Shown here: positions 54,330 to 64,000 of the stretch, piece by piece
How positions within the stretch are numbered: position 1 is the first letter of the stretch
Layout: every line of letters begins with the position of its first letter
Origin: Okamejei kenojei
Taxonomy: Eukaryota
DNA: 64,000 nucleotides
Assembly (NCBI GenBank): GCA_035221665.1
Contig: CM069139.1
Coordinates: 57,412,001-57,476,000 of the forward strand
Direction of reading: 5' to 3'
Translations under genes and position numbers: made by a program
The notes under the pieces: generated by a model
Told to the model about the DNA's origin: nothing
Databases searched by the model: none
Seen by the model: the letters and a program-made list of their open reading frames with translations, nothing else

Positions 54330-54806
54330 AATAATTATATAATATTGACTGGCCTTGAGGGAGACACCAGGAATATTGCCCAAACTGAAATCATATTGCC
54401 CGAGTCGAAGACGAGGGCAATATGATTTCAGTGCGGGCAATATTCCTGGTGTCTCCCGAAAGAAGCCAGTCAATATTATAATTATTACCTATCCCCACGT
54501 AAATTAAAATAATTCCGTCGTCGTCAAGAGACGTGAATCTCGCACTGCTGGAGGCTGCCATGTTTGTTTAGATGCCGTGACCTGATTCTTCGCGGTGAAC
54601 TTTGGCCGGGTTCGTGTCCCGGATGTACGCCGGATGTAATATTTCATCTTTGTGATTGACCGCAGTTTTTCTACGTAAAGTCAATGGCAAAACCCGGAAG
54701 AAGAAAAATACCAAGTAATATTGCCCGCTGGAAACTGCACGTTTTTTGACCAATCAAAATACCAACTAATATTGACCAGTAAAACTACCTCATATAGGTA
54801 ATAATA
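54330..54806. mobile_element. Non-autonomous hairpin element, possibly Crypton-like
   Basis: About 157-bp hairpin (54330-54486) with cccGAGTCGAAGACGAggg apex; second inverted pair attattacctat (54481-92) / ataggtaataat (54794-805). Confidence 0.55.
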
Positions 54807-54861
54807 AATAATATTTTTGCATTGCCACAGGTATAAATGTCTCGGCATTCTTTCCGTTTTA

Positions 54862-55095
54862 GAGAGTCATATAGAACAGTGCAGCACAGGAGCCACAATG
54901 TTTGTGTCGAACATGATGCCAAAGTAAACTGGTCTTATCTGCCTGTACATGATCCATATCCCTCTATTCCCTGCATTTCCATGTGCCTATTCAAAAGCGT
55001 CTTAAACGCCACTATTATATCAGTCTCCACCACCACCCCTGGCGTTTCAGGCCCCCACCACTCCCCATGTAAAAACTAGTTGCCCCACACATTTC
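54862..55095 (-). mobile_element. CR1/HER1 3' fragment
   Basis: ccatatccctctattccctgcatttccatgtgcctattcaaaagcgtcttaaacgcc. Confidence 0.65.
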
Positions 55096-55274
55096 TGTTT
55101 ACCATATCCTATATATGGCAAAAATAGGCCATTTGACCCACCAAGACCACGCCAACCTATTTGCACTAATGCCATTTTATTCTTCCTACTTTCCCATCAA
55201 CTCCCCCTCCATCCTATCAACCACTGGCGCTATGGGGCGATTTACAGTAACAGATTATCCTGACAGCCTGCATC

Positions 55275-55660
55275 TTTAGTTTAGAGATATAGAGTGTAAT
55301 CTGTGCCGTCCAGCGATCTCCATACACTAGCACTATCCCACTCGCTAGGGACAATTTACAATCTTTACCGAAGCCTCTTACCCCTCAAACCTGTACGTCT
55401 TTGGAGTGTGGGAGGAAACCGGAGCACCCGGAGAAAATCCACGTGGTCACGGGGAAGAACGTGCAAACTCTGTTCAGAGAGCATCTGTGGTCAGGATCGA
55501 ACCCGGGTCTGTGCCGCAACTCTAAGTCACTGGGATGTGGGAGGAAACATTCATGGTGGTCACAGGGAGAATGTGCAACGCAGTCGATGTCGGAGGTCAG
55601 GATTGAACCTGGGTCACTTGAGCCGAGAGGCAGCAGCTCCCTAGCCGTGCCGCTGTGCCC
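55275..55660 (-). mobile_element. Composite of two V-SINE copies
   Basis: Two successive gtgggaggaaac...gtggtcac...gtcaggat(c/t)gaacc blocks. Confidence 0.75.
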
Positions 55661-56399
55661 ACAGATTTGTTTATAATGCAATGTAGTTCTTCACCTGGTG
55701 AAGGCTGTCGGCTGCATGCACATTGTGTCAGCTCAAAGTGACAAAGAAGGGGATTTCCCCAGGATAATAGATTTAGATGTCTAAAATTCTCTTCACACAC
55801 CTAATAAAGACCTCAGTCCAAAACAGGGATTTTGTAGTTTAACTGCCCCACCCTATTTCACCAAGAGAGGGGAATGAACAATTCTGCCGATTCAACAGAA
55901 ATTACACTAATTGGCCCCAGAGGTTATCTAGGTGCCTCGTCTCAAAGATACCATTGTTTCCAGTGCATTCAGCTGGAACTGCAATATTCCAAAAAAACGT
56001 CCTCACATCTCTTAAAAGCAGGTTGTCTCCTTGCAGATAGCTGTGGCATGAAGCATTTCCGTCTGATATTGGTTTAGTCACTTGATACCCTGCTTTAGTT
56101 TGCAGCTTCCTCAGATCTGCATTTAGGCAGCTTTCTTTTTTTTAAAAAAAGAAGTGGTGATTCTAGGTGTTGCAGTCCTAATTAGTGAAACTAAGCCCGA
56201 GGAAGGAAATCTGGGTCATATTAAATTAATTGAAATGAGCGTGAAAATTAATACAGCAAAACGCATCAATTTTCTGGAAAGTGCTCTCGGTTCTTGCAAA
56301 CCACTAAAAAAAAGGTGGGCATTCCATAAAGCTGTCAGCTTAAAAAAACCTGTTAGCTCAAATTCGGTTCTATCTGTGATACTAGCTCTGAATCAGCTT

Positions 56400-56485
56400 G
56401 GCCTCGACCCAAAACATCACCTATTCCTTTTCTGTAGAGATGCTGCCTGACTCGCTGAGTTACTCCCAGCCTTTTGTTGTCTATT
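56400..56485 (+). mobile_element. Penelope-like 3' end, truncated
   Basis: ctcgacccaaaacatcacctattcc...agagatgctgcctgactcgctgagttactcc. Confidence 0.7.
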
Positions 56486-58050
56486 TGCAGATTCAATTGT
56501 TTAAATGAGAATCAGTTATGAGAATTATTCAGTACAGTTTAATTAATAATGGCTCTCTCGGTACTGTGTGCAAACTATCGCATCCAAATGTCCGACTTGA
56601 CTCCAGAGAAGAGTTACAAGCTGTTGGTGTAAATAGATATGAAGGCTTATTAATTGTGTAATTTCCTTGAAGAAATAAGAAATAAATTGGAGTACTAATG
56701 AATTAAGGGTTTACAAATCAACAAGTCAACCATCAGATTCCAGCCTCTCTCAGCATATACTCATCAGTCCCCGCCAAGAAGTTTCCATACATGTCCTGAA
56801 GGCAGAGAACAAAGCGAGCAGAACTGATTACAGCTATGTTCATTGCCTTGCTGTCTAAACTCTGTTTGGCTTCCTAATGAGTTCACTAAAAACCTAATTC
56901 ATCTCCCATAACCCCCACAACCCTCCTTGAAATTCACCATTATGGAAATTACAGATGAAACGTTTACAGACTGTGTTCAAATTACTGTTTCTTTAACAGG
57001 CAGGTCCCTGACCCTGGAATTGTACAATAGAGGTTTGTCCGGCTTGAAACCAATCAGTCCTAAATCCACTGAAAAAAGGGGATGGAAGGAGGTTTAGACT
57101 CTTTCTCATGGCACCGATGATTGTAGCACTCAATCCCTCCCCTGCGGTGGATGGTGAAATTGTGTGGAAATGGCACGGATTTGATAATTTATCAGATAAA
57201 ACTGGAGAATGAAGAAAGGTTAAACCCACATGCAGCGATGGTAAACAGATTGAAACCGACTAATGCAAATTCCCAAATCATTCACGAGGAGACTCCCTCA
57301 GTTCCTCATTACGTGAAGCCAAAATGATCCTCGCTGCATCTAAGCTGTAACTGAAAGATTACAGAATTGATGGCTCCTTGGTTTAAAATGCAGCTGTTTT
57401 ATTCTGCTTTAGTAATTAATTCTTTTTCCAATAGCGTATTGATTAAGCGTAGACCCTGATAAAGTTCAAACTGCAAAGTATCTCCAGTGGTTTCCCCAGT
57501 TGCGTGGCAGAGTCAATGAAAACTTCCTCCCATTCTAGCTGCCTCCTTAGAGCGCTGATCGAGTGAACTGCACAGTTTTTTACTCATAAATTAGTCAGGC
57601 TGTGTGGAGCTGTGTTAGCTGATCACTGCTTTTGTCTCTTTGCTTTGCCTACTTGCTTTGCTGTTTCACTGTCCTTTGTGTTGTCAGATATAAAGTCAGC
57701 GTGCAGCTGCCTTCACTAAGCCGGGACCAACACGAAGAGCGTTTCATTCAAAACTACATTTTATTTTGCACAGCTGTATTCTGCACCCTTCCACTCTGTT
57801 AACAACCCCCTCCCTCCCTCCCTCCCTCCTCATGCCCCACCACTTCCTCACCAAACCACCCCGCCCCCTCCCGCCACCCCTGTTCAAACTTGGACATCAG
57901 ACTCAACTAGTATTGGACTTGGCACGCAAGCATGCAAGAGTTGCCCATGCCTTGATGAGGCCCTTTGCCCATCATTCCACCTCCCCTTGCCCCCCAAGCT
58001 CTCAACTTGTTAAGGTAAATACCTGGTGCCCTCGTAGCATCTTCAGTCTC

Positions 58051-58482
58051 AGTTTAGTTTTAGTTTTGGAGATACAGTGTGGAAACAGGCCCTTCGGCCC
58101 ACTGATTCCCTCCTGACCTACGATCACCCACACACTAGTTCCATCCTACATGATAGGGTCAATTAGCAGAAGCCAATTGTGAAGCCGAGGCTGAGAACCA
58201 AATTGGCTTCGGTAAAAAAAATTATAAATTGTCCCTAGCGTGTTAGATAGTGCTAGTGTACAGGGGTGATCGTTAGTCAGCACAGACTCAGTGGGCTGAA
58301 GGGCCTGTGTCCGCGCTGTATCTCTACACACTTGCGCATCTTTGGAATGCGGGTGGAAACCAGGGCATGCAGGGAAAACGGGAGAAGGAACAAACTCCGT
58401 ACAGAGAGCACCCATAGTGAGGATTGAACCCGGTTCACTGGCGCTGTGAGGCAGTAACTCTACCACTGTGCCATGGTGCGGC
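58051..58482. mobile_element. V-SINE (-) containing an inverted SINE 3' half
   Basis: 58051-58178 (-), 58201-58326 (+), 58327-58482 (-). Confidence 0.75.
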
Positions 58483-60629
58483 CCAGTCCTGCCTGTAACT
58501 TACAGTCATGCCTGTAACTTAAAATATCGGTTGGGCAGAGTTGGTCTGCTGCTCGCCTCTTGCACATCACCATCTCGAGGCAACATCAAATGGCAGGTCA
58601 AGTGCCACACATTGCTGGCTCTAGGCCAAATCCCACCCCTGAATGTTCATAGTCTGAGCCCAAGGACCTCGGATGTCAGAGATCACAAAGGTAATATTCC
58701 CAGCAGCTACAAGAAAATAACCTTGAACATGGCTGGTAATGACTTAATAACGTATGGGAGGAATGTAAATTCCCAAAAGAACAGGAACTATTTAGTGCAA
58801 ATGTATGCATGTTTTAACTTGTGTATGCCCCATAATGATATACTGAAAATGCTGCACATTTGGCCAAAAGTGAATGTTTCAGACAAAAAGAAGCAGGTGC
58901 CCAAATTTGCAGTAATCCTCGTCACATGTTCACCTCTCACCCTAGCCATTTTCTGAGCTCTAACCTTTCACTTGAAGGCTAACCTTCAATTCACTGAGAC
59001 AAGATTAGCTTGGGAGTCATCTCAGAAACTAAGTCCACAGATAGCTCCATTTATTAAACCTGTTGCCTGATTTATTCAGTTTTAAGTTGTCGGAGAATTT
59101 TGGTCGTTTCCTCCTGTACATTTTTCAATCTCCTCAAGGCCATAAAGAGCAGTTGCATTCCCCCACCTCCAGAGCATTCTTTACAGGTCAAAAGGTCAAC
59201 ATTCACAGATGTCTGTCTGTACCAGGCACCAATTGTTCTATTGACTGTACGTACCCCAGGATACATGCAACTTCTGTTACCCATGCTCTCTTTAAATACT
59301 CTGATGAAAAATACATAAGATCACACATCATTCTTTACAAACCACATTCCACAATCATTTCCAAAAGGATTGTTGAACTTCAATTATTGTAATCGCCTCC
59401 ACTTAACCAGGTGTAACAGTTTAAAACAGTTTAAGAGCTTTATCTATACATTTTGCTTTATGTTAACTCTTTGGTTAGAGAAACAATTATTACCATATTT
59501 GATTAACTGATTTTTTTCCAGTGGAACTTTTACATCGTATAAATTTCTGAAAAGAATTAAGCCCTGACTTTTGTAAATTCAACTGGATTTGTGATTCTTT
59601 GATACCTTTCAACACCAAATGCTTAACCACAACGACTGAATGTCTGGAATTTTGCCCCAGTACATCATGAATAAAGAGAAAATTCTATTCATAGTTATCT
59701 TGCATGTGTCTTTCAGTAAAATATTTCTATAGCCAAATTGCAAACATTTGGTGTTCAGAAATGTTGTGCAGCAATTAATCACATCTTTCAAATATCATTC
59801 GGTCACATCTCTGGAGATTAGTGTACTGTTCTTTCATACCAGAAGTAAGATAGTGGTTATAAAAATAGAAAATTAATTCCAATTAAACTTTGACAATTAT
59901 CAAGCTATTCTCTTTAGCTGCGTTTGAATCTGGTTGGTATCGAAGTGCTAGAAAATATGTTTTTAAATATAAAGATAAAAGCTGCATGATCATTGTTTCA
60001 ATATCCAGCACGGTTGGAGCATTGCTAATAAATGCGGAGAGTTGATTCAAAACACTTGCAGCAGATAACTATTGATTTACTAATGGAGTGTCTCAGTGTG
60101 CAACTAATAATGGAGGGTTACTTCACACGTGTAATCGGTAATTCATGGTAGGTCATAATCACGAAGTTCGATACTGTTTGAAATTAACCATTGCTAACAA
60201 CTAAATTTATGCAGATGTTGCATGCAGCTTTGCACGGTGTGCCCACATTAATGCGAAAGGTATTTTAACCTCAGGCTTAAATGGTGCTGACAGAGAATAA
60301 GAATTTACGGCAAGCGGTGGTTATCCTATTACTCTTACTTATGAAAAATACCTTCAATTTAAACTGTCATCTTTTGAAAAGCATGTAAATATACTTATCT
60401 TTACATTTGTATTTTTTTTTTAATGAGAAGAAATGTGCACCAAGATGATCTAATAAGTAGAGAACACAGACCATCCATTGCATCAAGAAGTATGCCTAAA
60501 CATGAATCTAAGGCTAAAATGCAAATGTGTAGAGTGCTGATTAATGCAACACTCTGGTAACAAACACAAAGTCTTGCATTTTATTCATTTTAACTGCATT
60601 CATTTGCACCATTGGTAAATACTGAACAC

Positions 60630-60970
60630 AACAAGGTGTACAAAATCATGAGAGGAATAGATTGGGTACACACACAGAGTCTCTTGCCCAGAGTAAGGGA
60701 ATCAAGCAGCAGAGGACATAAATTTGAATGAAGTGAGGGGGAAAAGATTTCATAGGAACCCGAGGGAAAACTGCTTCACACAAAATGGGGTGGGTGTATG
60801 GAACGAGCTGCTTGAGGAGGTAGTTGAGGCAGGTACTATCACAACATTTAAGAAACATTTGGATAGGTTTCTGGATAGGACATGTTTAGAAGGATATGGG
60901 GCAAACGCTGGCAGAAGGCACCAGTGTAGATGGGACATGTTGGTCGGTGTTGGCAAGTTGGGCCGAAAGT
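60630..60970 (+). mobile_element. CR1/HER1 3' fragment
   Basis: FTQNGVGVWNELLEEVVEAGTITTFKKHLDRFLDR..LEGYG. Confidence 0.85.
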
Positions 60971-62924
60971 CCTATTTCTACAACTGCCAACACTCTTTTG
61001 CTCTGATGTATCTCTTACAGCACAGGAATGTTTGGGCTCAAACCTTTAGTAATAAACATATTCTGTTTCAAAATAAATGTAAAGTTTTTGTAATAATATT
61101 CCTTCGAGGAATAGAATTCTTAGTTGAGACATTATATTCCAAAGAAAACTATTTTACTTTTACATAATGTGAATGTCCACAATGTGCTAAATGCTTTTGT
61201 ATAAAATAAAAATATTAAACCTGTGTGTGTTTATTTTTATGTTATTAAAAAGTTGATGATTCATAAATAATTGGCCACATGAATACAACAAGCACACAAC
61301 TAGTCTTGTCTCTGTCAACAGTAGCCACAAAAACATTTTGTTTACAATGCCACAAATAAAATTTAGTTTCAGTGCAACTTCTTGGACTGTGAGTGAAAGT
61401 TGAAATTTAGAGGGGCACCAAAGTTTATTTGTTCTACATAACAAGATGAAGTGCCTTACAGGATGCCTGTCATTTTCATTCCTATATGGAAAATTTACCC
61501 CCAAATATACCATTTATAGTAAATAACCAGCGAATTTATGAAATATGGTCTTCAAAATGAAAACATGTTCTCAGTCCAATATTTTCCCCAATCCAATTGT
61601 AATATTTTTAATCTGGTTGCAATCTAAACGTAGAATTCTGCTGTACATTCATGAAGAAAGGCACAATAAGAATAGCTGTCCTTTGAAATGGCTTGGAGGG
61701 TTTGTTAGAAGAAAGGGTAAGGGTGCGATTTGCCTCTATTCAGGCACTTGGAGTACTTGTATTGCAGTCATAAAAATTATTGAACCAGAAATTGTTTTGG
61801 GCATATTAACTGGACTGAAGTCAAATGTGTTTATGTTGTGGTTGTGCCACAGGGATGGATTCACATCAGCTCCACGCTGCATTCTGAATAAGAAGGGGAG
61901 GGAACGGCAGATGGATAAAATAAGCAATTAGGCAGCCACATTTTAGCATTGATTTCAAATTTGCTGCTAGCTGGGAATCAGAAACATTTAGCTCCCAGGT
62001 AGGAACCCGACTTTAATAACTGTATTCTTGAGCTGAGAAACTATGCTTTCATATCATTCATTAAGTTACAGACACAGGGAATTCAGGAAAAGAGATAACA
62101 TTAAAATAAATGGAAAAATACACAAATTATATTACAGCTTAAGATCCATAAGAGATTTTAAGTGGTTGTAAGAAATTCTAAGTGAAATGGACCAGTGGAG
62201 ACAAAGGAAAACCAAATAAAAGTTACATTTTCAGTTCTGCTTTTGGTCTAATATAAAGATTTTCTCTCACTTGGTTCATTTGTGAAAATTGGATGCATTA
62301 GAATCAGCATTATGTCCAAGGTTAAATATATATCTCGAAAAATGTTTGGAATGTTCACACATTATAAAGATTTAGATCAGTAAGAATGAGGCCATTAATT
62401 GTTTTATCATGATCCTGATTCACTCCTGAATGTTGCATGCATTTTGCTCTTGGCGAACACGTGCAAACATGTTGCTACACAAAAACTAAACACATTTTGA
62501 AGTAAACATATTTACAGCTTTTGGACAAAAGTACAGCTAAAAGTCAACTGAAAGGGATCATTAGAAAGAGCATGCAGAATACATTTGTTTTACTTAAAAA
62601 AACAATCAATGTTTTCACAGATATTTATATATACCTTTAATAACTACTAATATACTACACATTTATCTTTGGTTGTTACATGCATCATTATGACACTGTT
62701 GGGTATAAAATAACTGACCTAGTAGAAGATGGCAAAGATGGCTTTTCCTTTGCAGAACACCGAATTTATCTATCAAGTAACCAAAAAGAAAGATTGTATT
62801 GGAACTCAGCCAATTTGTTAATTTTCTTGCAATATAAATAATTCACCTGATCATTCTTGTTGTTAAAATACCTACATTTATTTCCTCAAAATGTCACTAT
62901 TCTCTGATTTACTGCCACTTTGCA

Positions 62925-63425
62925 TCATTCGGTACAATAACACCTCATATTCCTCTTGGGTAGCTTCCAACGCAATGGTATGCACACTGAAATTTCTAAT
63001 TTTAGATAACCCCCCTCCCCCTACCTTACTCCCCCACACCCCCCTTCCCCCCCCTTCCCACTCTCCCCTGTGCCCCACTTGGACTCACACCAATTTCTCC
63101 TCTTCCCCTCCAGCTACATTCCTACCTCTGACTTCACAATTTACAACTCTTCACTCCTTTTGTCTCGCGCATTTTTCCATCTCTGGCCTTTGTCCAACTA
63201 TCTGCCTATCAAAAAACACCTGTTCACTTATTCCATGCCATGCATTGCCCTGCCCATCCTCTCTTCTAGCTTTCTTCCCCTCCCCCATATCGAATAATCT
63301 GTCTGAAGAATTGTCCCAACCCAAAACACCACCCATCTATGTTTTCCAGGGATGCTGCCTGATCTGCTAAGTTTCCTCAGCACTTTGTGTCTTATTTTTG
63401 TAAACCAGCATCCCATGTTTCAACA
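62925..63425 (+). mobile_element. Penelope-like 3' fragment with eroded hammerhead
   Basis: cacctcatattcctcttgggtagcttccaa; gtctgaagaa at 63301; gatgctgcctgatctgctaag. Confidence 0.75.
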
Positions 63426-63883
63426 TTTGAACACAAGACACATTGGGCTTTGCTGCCAATAATAATCCCCAAATACACTCTCGACAAAGCCTGTTGTGGA
63501 ATGGTCAAGTTTATCTTAACGTCTGCCTGCATGCGTTTCCTTGAATGAATTGGCCTTCTCATTCCTAACATTGGCAAATGATGTTCCTGCCAGATATTGG
63601 GAGGTGGGATCCCCATAATTAGAATGCATGTCATTGTGAAGTATTTTCTGTTATTTAAGTGTTGACTTTTATTTATGTATTTCTGCGATAATGTGGTATC
63701 AACCCTACTTCCTAAATATTGCTTACATTGCAAGGTATTTGCCTCCAGAAGTCAAAGTAACTTAATTATTTTTAACAATGCTCAGACTCAGCTAAACATC
63801 TCTAAGAAATGCATATTTGGATATATTAACTGACTACGCCATTTCATGATCAACCTTTATAAATGATCCATACAGCTGACTTA

Positions 63884-64000
63884 CAGTGTCCTCCATAACG
63901 TTTGGGACAAAGACCCATCATTTATTTATTTCCCTCTGCACTCCACAATTTGAGATATGTAATAGAAAAAAAAATCACATGTGGTTAAAGTGCACATTGT
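63884..64000. mobile_element. Tc1/mariner-like terminal inverted repeat, runs off window
   Basis: TA|CAGTGTCCTCCATAACGTTTGGGACA; only one end is visible. Confidence 0.55.

Noticed and set aside
58468-58956. 162-aa plus-strand ORF
   Set aside because: Starts in a SINE, has no recognisable domain, and is consistent with chance.

Overview
Vertebrate genomic DNA, most likely from a cartilaginous fish (skate/ray; inferred from HE1-type V-SINEs and HER1/CR1-type tails). The window lies inside a large minus-strand MEIS-class TALE homeobox gene, best matching MEIS2. Only two coding exons are present: 45596-45451 (146 nt) and 17108-17032 (77 nt), encoding the first two-thirds of the homeodomain and separated by a 28,342-bp intron. 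I could not find the flanking exons in the window. The rest is intron: repeat-poor, homeobox-motif-rich blocks (candidate conserved enhancers) alternate with decayed transposon clusters (V-SINEs, CR1/HER1, Rex1/Babar, L1, L2-like, Deu-SINE, Penelope-like, Harbinger-type MITEs, a Crypton-like hairpin element, a Tc1 end). The most notable structure is a dispersed family of Penelope-like 3' ends carrying a minimal hammerhead-ribozyme motif (CUGAAGA-A-GGGUCUCGACCC-GAAACGUC). It includes a 94-bp copy with its own 11-bp TSD and a 1.1-kb copy inserted with a 14-bp TSD into the terminus of an inverted relative. Three assembly gaps are present. Repeat family names come from motif recognition, not database searches, and most repeat boundaries are approximate.
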